DNA from: Thermodesulfobacteriota bacterium
GTDB taxonomy: Bacteria > Desulfobacterota_D > UBA1144 > Nemesobacterales > UBA2774
Assembly (NCBI GenBank): GCA_963422265.1
Contig: OY729416.1
Span: 1,504,001-1,568,000 of the forward strand
Length of the DNA: 64,000 nt
Reading direction: 5' to 3'
Shown here: positions 47,995 through 56,379 of the stretch, in pieces
How the letters are laid out: the number at the start of each line of letters is the position of its first letter
Position numbering within the stretch: position 1 is the stretch's first letter
Program-made: the position numbers and the translations under genes
The notes under the pieces: generated by a model
The model's input: only the letters and a program-made list of their open reading frames with translations
Told to the model about the DNA's origin: nothing
Database searches by the model: none

Positions 47995-49071
47995 TTGCCT
48001 AAAATACTGGTGCTCGCTGGGGATGGAATTGGGGTTGAAGTAACTAGGGTGAGTCTAAATGTGCTGGACGTCGTTGCTAAAAAGCACGATGTAGAGTTTG
48101 AGTTTGAACACGAGTTGTTCGGTGGATGCTCTGTTGAAGAAAGGGGCGTGCCTGTGACTGATGAGGTGCTTAGGAAGGCGAAAGGCTCGGATGCAGTCCT
48201 GATGGGAGCCGTGGGTGGACCCGATTGGGAAAGCCTAGACCATCATATAAAGCCTGAGAGTGGGCTCTTGGCGCTTAGAAAAGAGCTAGATGCTTTCGCT
48301 AATTTAAGACCTGCCGCTGTCTATCCTGCTTTGGCTGGGGCTTCCACGTTAAAGAGAGAAATAGTAGAGGGTGTGGACATCATGGTAGTAAGGGAGCTGA
48401 CCAGTGGCATATATTTTGGCGAGCCTAGGGGGGTGCGAGAAATAGACGGGGGTCAGCAAAAGGGGTTCAACACCTTGTCTTACACAACGATGGAGATTGA
48501 GAGAATAGCAAGGGTGGCTTTTGATATAGCGAGGAAAAGGAGTAAGAAGCTTACTTCAATTGACAAGGCGAACGTCCTAGAGGTTATGCAGTTATGGAGA
48601 ACAACCGTGAGCAGGATTCACGAGTCTGAGTATCCTGACGTTGAGCTTGACCACCTTTACGTGGATAACGCCGCGATGCAGCTCATAAGAAGGCCCAAGA
48701 GCTTTGACGTCTTGCTAGCTGGCAATATGTTCGGTGATATAATAAGCGACGAGGCGGCGCAGCTTACCGGTTCCTTAGGGATGCTTCCATCCGCTAGCAT
48801 CGGAGAGGGAGCAATTTACGAACCCGTGCATGGCAGCGCCCCAGATATAGCGGGACGGGATATAGCTAACCCCATCGCCTCAGTTCTCACAACCGCAATG
48901 ATGCTCAGGTATTCATTCGATTTGGACTCCTCCGCCAATGAAATTGAAGAATCCGTAAGCAGCGTGCTTGAAGAAGGGTATAGAACGTCCGACATATATC
49001 ATGAAGGAACCACTAAAGTGGGATGCGAAAAAATGGGGGAGCTGATTTGCAGCCATCTTATTAAGCGATAA
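47995..49071 (+). CDS. leuB: 3-isopropylmalate dehydrogenase
   Basis: GDGIG, NLRP, RELTSGIYFG, DKANVL, NMFGDIISD, EPVHGSAPDIAG. Confidence 0.97.
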   Translation: MPKILVLAGDGIGVEVTRVSLNVLDVVAKKHDVEFEFEHELFGGCSVEERGVPVTDEVLRKAKGSDAVLMGAVGGPDWESLDHHIKPESGLLALRKELDAFANLRPAAVYPALAGASTLKREIVEGVDIMVVRELTSGIYFGEPRGVREIDGGQQKGFNTLSYTTMEIERIARVAFDIARKRSKKLTSIDKANVLEVMQLWRTTVSRIHESEYPDVELDHLYVDNAAMQLIRRPKSFDVLLAGNMFGDIISDEAAQLTGSLGMLPSASIGEGAIYEPVHGSAPDIAGRDIANPIASVLTTAMMLRYSFDLDSSANEIEESVSSVLEEGYRTSDIYHEGTTKVGCEKMGELICSHLIKR

Positions 49072-49126
49072 ACGGCGCCAAAGAAGTTAATAACAAACTA
49101 GATTTGTCTATATACTGTAATTAAGC

Positions 49127-52100
49127 GTGCTTAGAAAAATATCTAACGAGCTTCCCTCAAACCCAAGCCTAAGAGAGCTTATTAGAAAAGCGAACTCAGC
49201 CCACAGCGTTATATCGCTTTCAGGTTTAAGAGGAACTTCTAAATCCTATATCGCTTCCGAGGTGTCATCTTTAAGCAGGCGACCAATTTTATTTTTATCC
49301 TCAACGAGAAAAAAGGCTCTGGAGGCGTCAGAGGATTTATCTTTCTTTTTAGGCAAGATCCCTCCGGTGCTTACAAGAAAAGAACTTACAAATGGCAAAG
49401 CTCTCTTTTCCTCTGTCTCTCGATTTTCTACCGATAGGATCAACTGGCTCTACTCGGCACAAAGCGAGGATTTGATTGTAGCCGAAGTGGGGGTGCTGTT
49501 TGAGAAGTTTATACCGAGAGGCATCTTTGACTCTTCAATAATAGAAATTAAAAGAGGGGAACTTCTTTTAAGGGATGATTTCATTGCAAGTCTAATTGAG
49601 AACGGGTACCACCAGACGGATTTTGTAGAGAAGCAAGGCGAGGTCAGCGTTAGGGGATCAATAGTAGATGTATTGAGTCCGGGACAAAGAGACGCCGTGA
49701 GGTTTGAATTTCTCGGGGATGAAATCGGTTCTATAAGGCTTTTCAATACCGAAGATCAAAAATCAAGCCGCAAGATAAGCAGTGTGGCGATTTTACCCGC
49801 AAGTGAGGTAAAACTAAACGCCGCGACTATAGCCAGAGCTATAAACTTTCTCAAAGCAAAAGCTGGTGAGAGGCAGGTTTCTGCTAGAGATAGGCGTTCT
49901 CTCATAGAAGAAATAGAAAAGGGAAACAGGATACCAAACGTAGAATGGCTGCTACCCGCGTTTTATGATAGCTTGAGTTCAGCGTTCGATTATCTACGCG
50001 AAAGCACGATAATCATTTATGATGAACCCGAAGAGTTATCAGTCTCACTTGATGCAACTGCCCTATATTTGTCTGATAGGTGGGCTCTCCTAGAAAAATA
50101 CTTGAAAGTTACCCCTGACCAATCGGAACTATTTTTTACCCCTGGGGAAGTCCACAAGGAATTATTAGGATTTAAGATAATACGCCTTCAGGAACTTGAG
50201 CTTTCAGAAGATAAGGACAGCACCGTTCATTTTCGTGCTGAGCCAGCGTCGGTGCGGCGAGGTGTGGGAGAGTCTCCTATAGACGCTCTTTTGACTAAGA
50301 TAGCCGAGTGCAAAGAAAACGGATACGACCTCCACCTTGTGTTTAGATCTCAAACTGAGAGGGACAAGCTTGTAAGCCTATTGTTGGAACGCGGAATACA
50401 TGAGATCAGTACTCACTTGGGAAATCTTTCCGAGGGGTTTAGGCTTGAAGAGCAGAAGCTAGAGGTACTCACGGAAAAGGAAATCATTGGGGAAAAGAGA
50501 AAAAGGGTTATCAATAAAAAGCCAAGCGGCGGACTCTCGGCTTTTATTACCTCTTTCAGCGAGCTTAAACCGGGTGACTATATAGTCCACGTAAACTTCG
50601 GAATAGGGATTTTCAGAAGTCTCAAAAGGCTTAAAATCGGGAGTGGCGAAGGGGATTTTCTTCAGTGCGAGTATGCAGGTGGGGATATAATTTACGTCCC
50701 TTTTGACAAGTTAAAGCTGGTTCAAAGATACATAGGCGACGGCAAGAAGCCTAGAATTGATAGGCTGGGCAGTAAGGCGTGGGGCGCAAGGGTTGATAGG
50801 ATCAGAAAGGCTGTTGAAGTTGTAGCTAGGGAGCTGCTTGAGCTTTATGCTAAGAGAAGGGCTATGAAGGGTTTTAGCTTTTCTCCTGCTGACGAACTGT
50901 TCAGCGAATTTGAGCTAGCTTTCCCATACGAGGAAACGCCTGACCAAGAAGCTGCAATTACGGACGTGCTTGCCGATATGGAATCGCCAAGGCCAATGGA
51001 TAGGCTAATCTGCGGCGACGTGGGCTTTGGTAAGACGGAGGTTGCGCTGAGGGCGGCTTTTAAGGCGGTTGTGGACGGGAAGCAGGTGGCATTTTTAGTT
51101 CCTACAACGCTACTTGCGCATCAGCACTACGAGACTTTTCTTCAAAGGCTAAAGGGCTATCCGGTGGTAATCGGCGCCTTATCAAGATTCACGGCTAGAA
51201 AGGAAGAGAAAGAGACGCTCTCAAAACTCCAGCAAGGGAAAATTGATATAGTTATAGGCACGCATAAGATCTTAAGCGAGAAGGTTAAATTCCGCGATCT
51301 GGGTCTTGTAATAAATGACGAGGAGCACAGGTTCGGGGTATCACAGAAGGAAAAGCTCAAGAAGATCAAACAAGGGGTTGATGCAGTTTCATTAAGCGCG
51401 ACCCCGATTCCTAGAACCCTTCAGCTCTCGCTTGCTAAAATTAGGGATATAAGCCTTATAAACACCCCGCCTCAGGGGAGGCAGACGATAGAGACTTACT
51501 TATATAGATATGATTCAACTATTATAAAGCAGGCAATAAAGAGGGAAATTGACAGGAGAGGGGCAGTGTTTTTTATTCATAATCGCATAGCGGATATTTA
51601 TCGGGTGGCGGAGAAGATAAGTGCGCTTGTGCCAGAAGCGAATATTGCCGTTACACATGGAAGATTGAGGGAGAAAGAGCTTGAAGATGCGATAGCTGAG
51701 TTTATAGAAGGTGATGTAGATGTCCTGGTCACGACGGCTATCGTAGAGTCGGGGCTGGATATACCTAGAGCGAATACAATTATAATTAACGACGCCCATA
51801 CGTTCGGTCTTGCCGATCTATATCAGCTAAGGGGAAGAGTAGGTAGGTCGCGGGAGAAGGCTTATGCGTATTTCTTAATACCAAGTTCAGGCTTGATCAC
51901 GTCTGACTCAAGGAGACGGCTTAGGGCAATATCCGAATTCAAAGATTTGGGGTCTGGTTTTAAGCTCGCCCTTTCCGATCTTGAAATCAGGGGCGCAGGT
52001 CATCTTTTCGGCAACGAGCAGTCCGGTCACGTTGCGGACGTGGGACTTGAATTTTATCTTGACATGCTAGATGGCTCCATCAAAAGGCTTGAAGGGAACG

Positions 52101-52597
52101 TCCGCCCAAAAGCAATGGAGCCTGAAATCTCAATCAATATGCCTGCGTTCATTCCTGATGATTATATCTCAAGCGACACTGAGAGACTGCTTTTTTATAA
52201 AAGGCTGTCAACGATTACTGGAAACGCCGCTCTTCAAAAGATAAGAGGAGAGTTAGACGATAGGTTCGGCAAAATCCCAGTTGCAGTCAATAATCTCTTG
52301 GAGCTTATTAAGCTAAAGCTGGTGATGAAAAAGCTAGGTGTTGAAAAGGTGGAGGTGAGAACCAAAAAAGCCATTATAATAATCTCACCAAATTCAAAGT
52401 TATATGAAAAATGTCTTCCCTCAGGTAAAATGGAAATCTTGTTTGAGCAGGGGGAGGATAGTCCTCTCAGGGAAATAAGAAGCGCACTGAGAAATTTGAA
52501 CAAAGCTTGCGCTGGTCTTGATTCAGCATGCACTTCCCCAATGGACTCGACGAGATTGGGGATTGATTGGGAAACAAAACTGGAAAAGGGGCAATAG
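49127..52597 (+). CDS. mfd: Transcription-repair coupling factor
   Basis: UvrB-like N-terminus, RID (VHVNFGIG), CGDVGFGKTE, DEEHRFG, QLRGRVGR, DLEIRGAG. Confidence 0.96.
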   Translation: MLRKISNELPSNPSLRELIRKANSAHSVISLSGLRGTSKSYIASEVSSLSRRPILFLSSTRKKALEASEDLSFFLGKIPPVLTRKELTNGKALFSSVSRFSTDRINWLYSAQSEDLIVAEVGVLFEKFIPRGIFDSSIIEIKRGELLLRDDFIASLIENGYHQTDFVEKQGEVSVRGSIVDVLSPGQRDAVRFEFLGDEIGSIRLFNTEDQKSSRKISSVAILPASEVKLNAATIARAINFLKAKAGERQVSARDRRSLIEEIEKGNRIPNVEWLLPAFYDSLSSAFDYLRESTIIIYDEPEELSVSLDATALYLSDRWALLEKYLKVTPDQSELFFTPGEVHKELLGFKIIRLQELELSEDKDSTVHFRAEPASVRRGVGESPIDALLTKIAECKENGYDLHLVFRSQTERDKLVSLLLERGIHEISTHLGNLSEGFRLEEQKLEVLTEKEIIGEKRKRVINKKPSGGLSAFITSFSELKPGDYIVHVNFGIGIFRSLKRLKIGSGEGDFLQCEYAGGDIIYVPFDKLKLVQRYIGDGKKPRIDRLGSKAWGARVDRIRKAVEVVARELLELYAKRRAMKGFSFSPADELFSEFELAFPYEETPDQEAAITDVLADMESPRPMDRLICGDVGFGKTEVALRAAFKAVVDGKQVAFLVPTTLLAHQHYETFLQRLKGYPVVIGALSRFTARKEEKETLSKLQQGKIDIVIGTHKILSEKVKFRDLGLVINDEEHRFGVSQKEKLKKIKQGVDAVSLSATPIPRTLQLSLAKIRDISLINTPPQGRQTIETYLYRYDSTIIKQAIKREIDRRGAVFFIHNRIADIYRVAEKISALVPEANIAVTHGRLREKELEDAIAEFIEGDVDVLVTTAIVESGLDIPRANTIIINDAHTFGLADLYQLRGRVGRSREKAYAYFLIPSSGLITSDSRRRLRAISEFKDLGSGFKLALSDLEIRGAGHLFGNEQSGHVADVGLEFYLDMLDGSIKRLEGNVRPKAMEPEISINMPAFIPDDYISSDTERLLFYKRLSTITGNAALQKIRGELDDRFGKIPVAVNNLLELIKLKLVMKKLGVEKVEVRTKKAIIIISPNSKLYEKCLPSGKMEILFEQGEDSPLREIRSALRNLNKACAGLDSACTSPMDSTRLGIDWETKLEKGQ

Positions 52598-52611
52598 GGA
52601 GAATTATAACG

Positions 52612-53586
52612 ATGATGAAACAAATGTTTAATCTTGTGGCTTCAGTTTTCATTTTTGTCGTATGCCTGGTTTCACCTTATCAGGTCAGGGCCGCGGAGGT
52701 GATTGACAGAGTGGTCGCCGTGGTAAACGATGACTTAATAACCCAATCTGAGCTAAGGGAAATGGCTTTAAGCCTCGATCCAACTTCCACGGAGCAAATT
52801 GATGAAGCAACGATTCTACAAAAGATGGCTGAACAAAGATTGTTTGAGCAGGAAGCCGAAAAACTGGGAATTAAAATTACGCAAGAGGAGCTAGACGCGA
52901 GTATCAAGGGGGTTCAGCAAAGGTTTAGCTTAAACGATGAACAGATGGTTGACGCGCTAAAGAAGCAGGGCTTGACGCCAGAGGATTTTAGGGAGCAGTG
53001 GAGATCGCAGACTCTTGTCAATAAGCTCATTGAATCTCAGCTAAAGGTAGTAATTACTGACGAAGAAATAAAAGAGTATTACGAGGACAACTACGGTGGT
53101 TTCACTACGGAAACTCCACCCTCAGGGTCCCATGAGACGTTTCAAATAGCCCACGTGCTTATATCTACTGAGACACCGAACGCTCTGGACAAAGCAGAGG
53201 AAGTTGCAAACCTTGCAAGATCGGGGAATAACTTTGCGGATTTGGCAAGAGAGCGCTCCGAGGACATTGTTACCGCTAATAAAGGAGGGATTTTAGGGTT
53301 TTTTAGGAAGGGGGATCTAATGGGGGAACTTGAAGCGGCGGTTGCAACCACGCCTGAGGGGGGTATTGCCGGACCTGTTAAATCTTCCTCTGGGTATCAT
53401 GTGATAAAAGTTCTTCAAAGGTCGAAGGGTGGAAAAGATAAAGATTCGGATATTGGTGGAGTTCTCATTGATGAGGCAATAAAACAAGAAATAAAGCAAA
53501 CGCTCTATAGACAGAAAGCCGAGAAACAGTTGAAAGAATGGCTTGATAGAATTAAAGAGAACGCCTATGTAGAAATAAAGCTGTAG
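52612..53586 (+). CDS. SurA-type chaperone / PpiC peptidyl-prolyl isomerase
   Basis: Signal peptide, DRVVAVVNDD.IT.SEL, parvulin motifs AHVLI, FADLA..SED, GGILG, GYHVIKV. Follows mfd. Confidence 0.9.
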   Translation: MMKQMFNLVASVFIFVVCLVSPYQVRAAEVIDRVVAVVNDDLITQSELREMALSLDPTSTEQIDEATILQKMAEQRLFEQEAEKLGIKITQEELDASIKGVQQRFSLNDEQMVDALKKQGLTPEDFREQWRSQTLVNKLIESQLKVVITDEEIKEYYEDNYGGFTTETPPSGSHETFQIAHVLISTETPNALDKAEEVANLARSGNNFADLARERSEDIVTANKGGILGFFRKGDLMGELEAAVATTPEGGIAGPVKSSSGYHVIKVLQRSKGGKDKDSDIGGVLIDEAIKQEIKQTLYRQKAEKQLKEWLDRIKENAYVEIKL

Positions 53587-53588
53587 TA

Positions 53589-54092
53589 TCAGGACGTTAG
53601 CTTTACAATTAGGTCTTTATGCTGAGGATACTGTTCTATTAGTTTATCCTGTTCTCCTGCTTTGTAGTCGGTAAAGTCAAAACCTGGAGCAGCTGTCACG
53701 CCCATAAATGCAAAGCTGCTTCCCTCAAGTAAGTAAGCGCCTTGCCATACTCCGGCTGGTGCCGTTACTTGAACGAATTGACCAGCTTTAAGATCGTTTC
53801 CTAAAAAGAGCATTTTGGTTGTTGAATCTGGGCGCAGTTGCACCATCATTACAGGCCCTCCCATGTAAAAATGATACACCTCGTCAGTTTTGAGGCGGTG
53901 TAGATTAGACTTAGTATCTGGAGTAAGGAGGTAATAGATCGCCGTAGCAAAGGGTTTGTCTCCATCATAGCGCGAGGGAAGGGCGTCTTTTTCAATTATT
54001 TCATTAGAGCGATACGTTTCACAATAGTAACCCCCCTCTCCCGGTAGTAGCTTCATGTTGTAAAGCTTTATTATTCTATCCGCCGTAATCAT
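53589..54092 (-). CDS. Cupin_5 (DUF985) family protein
   Basis: EGGYYCETYRS, TAIYYLL, HRLKTDEVYHFY.G, PAGVWQG, APGFDFTD. Confidence 0.9.
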   Translation of the reverse strand: MITADRIIKLYNMKLLPGEGGYYCETYRSNEIIEKDALPSRYDGDKPFATAIYYLLTPDTKSNLHRLKTDEVYHFYMGGPVMMVQLRPDSTTKMLFLGNDLKAGQFVQVTAPAGVWQGAYLLEGSSFAFMGVTAAPGFDFTDYKAGEQDKLIEQYPQHKDLIVKLTS

Positions 54093-54253
54093 GGTTTTCT
54101 CCTTGAGGATGTAGTGTCTATTATTTTAGCTTTATTTTAGCGCTTTCAAAGCTCCTTCCCGTGGAAATGGGTGAAATGTCCCCCTTGAAATAGGTAAAGC
54201 GATGATTAGATTTTAAGTGTAGAGATAAAATAAAACATAAGGAGGTAACTAAA

Positions 54254-54682
54254 ATGAGGCTAAAAGTTTTAGAACCATTTAGAGGTTTTAAGCCGTTCTA
54301 CGCGGACTTTAATTGTTGCTTTAACGGCGTTGAAGAGTCATCGCGTAATAGTCCATGGCAACCGAGCGTGGACGTTTGTGAGACCGATACGGGCTTTGTG
54401 CTAAAAGCCGATCTCCCAGGCCTTAATAAAGAAGATATAACGATAGATATCAACAATGATGTTCTTACGTTGAAAGGGGAAAAGAGGTTTGAAGATCAGG
54501 CTAAAGAGGACGGCTACGTGAGGGTGGAGCGTAGATATGGCAGTTTCTCAAGGACATTCTCGCTTTCCGACAACGTGGATACCGACAACGTCACCGCTAA
54601 CTATAAAGACGGCGTGCTGGAGATTACCCTTCCGAAGCAGGAAGAGGTAAAGCCCAAAGAGATTCAAATTCAGGTGAATTAA
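54254..54682 (+). CDS. Hsp20/alpha-crystallin small heat-shock protein
   Basis: P.VDV.ET, ADLPG, ERRYGSFSRTF, YKDGVLEITLPK, IxI tail. Strong RBS AAGGAGGT. Confidence 0.95.
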   Translation: MRLKVLEPFRGFKPFYADFNCCFNGVEESSRNSPWQPSVDVCETDTGFVLKADLPGLNKEDITIDINNDVLTLKGEKRFEDQAKEDGYVRVERRYGSFSRTFSLSDNVDTDNVTANYKDGVLEITLPKQEEVKPKEIQIQVN

Positions 54683-54690
54683 GCTGAAGT

Positions 54691-54733
54691 GAAGGCAGAG
54701 CCTTAAAACAAAGGCTCTGCCTTTCTTATTTTT
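54691..54733 (+). terminator. Rho-independent terminator after hsp20
   Basis: AAGGCAGAGCCTT-aaaaca-AAGGCTCTGCCTT perfect stem, then TCTTATTTTT. Confidence 0.85.
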
Positions 54734-54799
54734 CTAAAGGCGCGTAAAAATGTAAAGTCATGTCCCTGTCTGTGAACAGGGAATAAGTTCTACACTTTA

Positions 54800-55714
54800 C
54801 TACAGACCCAGTTCTTCTCTCAACGCTTTATGCAAGCGCTTATTCTTATTCCAATAGTCTGTTATTACTGACTTATTCTTAGTGGCTTTAGTGGTGAGTT
54901 TTCTAGCATTTTTACCAAAACTGCTTAGATAGGCTTCCTCCCAAGATACTATTTCATAGGGGAAGTGTTTGTTAAAGGTTATTTTAATTGACCGTCCCAA
55001 ATTGTCGTAGGCAATCTTATAATCCATCAGGTGGACATCATCCTGGTTTTGCTCAAGCAATGCCACGGCGCGTTCAACCTTAAGCTCCTTATGCGTAAGC
55101 CTAGACGCCATAGCCCCCGGTATTATGTTTATCTTTCCAACGGGCAGGCTCTTTGGGTCAAGCCTTATCCTAGTCCACGCCTCATCCTCAAGAAATTCTC
55201 TTTTCAGGTTAAACCTCTTATCCCCTTCGGATTCAAAATACGAAAGGCTCGTAAGCTCATACCTATCATCACCCAAATTCAATTGCTTAAAAGTGTTGCC
55301 GCACCACTCCTGAGAAGAAGAGGAAACCTTGAGCGTGTTTGGGAATTCTGCAAGGTTCACTGGGGTAAACACGGAGTCCATAATGGAATAACGGTAGATG
55401 CCCGTATTAAATTTCTTGATCCTATTAAGTTTTAGTATCTTAACAGCATCTCCTTTCGCTTGGGTGGGATTATCTAGCTTTACCTGCTTCTTTTTTGAAA
55501 AATCCTCCGTAACAAATACAAGAACGGCGTGTCCTTCATGGATCTCACCGTATCTAGCTTGCTCGATCTTATAGCTTGTTATCTCAGCAGTGCCTGAATA
55601 CCAGTAATCCTTAAATTTTTTGGAATCCGTGATACTTGACGAGCCGCTATACGCCAGAGGTACGGCTAGAAACAACAGTAAAATTAGTTTCAATAGGAGT
55701 GTCATTGATTTCAT
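54800..55714 (-). CDS. Conserved exported hypothetical protein
   Basis: Signal peptide, then F.DYWY.G.AE..SY...QARYGE, VTEDF, VK.LKLN, QEWCG, DYW. Function not assignable. Confidence 0.7.
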   Translation of the reverse strand: MKSMTLLLKLILLLFLAVPLAYSGSSSITDSKKFKDYWYSGTAEITSYKIEQARYGEIHEGHAVLVFVTEDFSKKKQVKLDNPTQAKGDAVKILKLNRIKKFNTGIYRYSIMDSVFTPVNLAEFPNTLKVSSSSQEWCGNTFKQLNLGDDRYELTSLSYFESEGDKRFNLKREFLEDEAWTRIRLDPKSLPVGKINIIPGAMASRLTHKELKVERAVALLEQNQDDVHLMDYKIAYDNLGRSIKITFNKHFPYEIVSWEEAYLSSFGKNARKLTTKATKNKSVITDYWNKNKRLHKALREELGL

Positions 55715-55833
55715 ATATGTGTCCTTCTCTAAAGAAAGCGATAATCTAACATTAAAATTGGCTATTGTCTTATATGAATTAAACGCCACTGTATAGGGGA
55801 ATAAAAATAAAGAATAGTATAGAGTCTGAAACT

Positions 55834-56040
55834 ATTCCCGATAAAGGCGTTCGGGAAAGTGGTTTGTAATAACGACAAAGAAAAGGTCTGGATTCCTGCT
55901 CAGAGGCAGGAATGACGATCTCCACGTGTCTCTCATGCCTCATCTTCTTCATTCCAAGCCACGTCCCGAGCGGACGCGAGGGAGAAGCTGAGCAGTCTAT
56001 CCTATCCCCCTTTAGAAAAGGGGGATAGAGGGGGATTTGA
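55834..56040. repeat. Cluster of several short palindromic REP-like elements
   Basis: ttcccga..tcgggaa; attcctgc-tcagag-gcaggaatgac; gtcccgagcggacgcgaggga; cccccttt-ag-aaagggggatagagggggattt. Confidence 0.6.
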
Positions 56041-56094
56041 CAAGGGATTAGAAACGGATTAGAGCGGTGTCCTGGGTAGGGACGAAGAATCTTT

Positions 56095-56379
56095 TCATGG
56101 TCTAATCTTTTCCCATTCGGGTATATATGTGCTCATCATACTTTTGAACAGCTTGCCGTGGTTAGGGATTTTCAGGTGTAAAAGCTCATGGGCTATGACG
56201 AACTGCCTAAAGGATTTGGGTTTCTCAAGAAGCTCCAAGTTGAAGCTGACCCATCCTTTTGTTGAGCAAGAACCCCACTTACGGGTCATTTTTCTGATGG
56301 TTATACGGGTTGGAGTAACGTTGAGTTTCGCGCTCCAGTATGTGATTTCATCTCTAAACTTTTTTTTTGAAACGCTCAT
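56095..56379 (-). CDS. Minimal M48/YgjP (DUF45) metallopeptidase
   Basis: KWGSCS, HELLHL..PNHG..F. Typical companion downstream of hsdR. Confidence 0.88.
   Translation of the reverse strand: MSVSKKKFRDEITYWSAKLNVTPTRITIRKMTRKWGSCSTKGWVSFNLELLEKPKSFRQFVIAHELLHLKIPNHGKLFKSMMSTYIPEWEKIRP

Noticed and set aside
54130-54215. CIRCE or sigma-32 promoter upstream of hsp20
   Set aside because: CCCCTTGAA resembles a sigma-32 -35 box but there is no CCCCAT -10, and TTAGCGCT lacks the second CIRCE arm.
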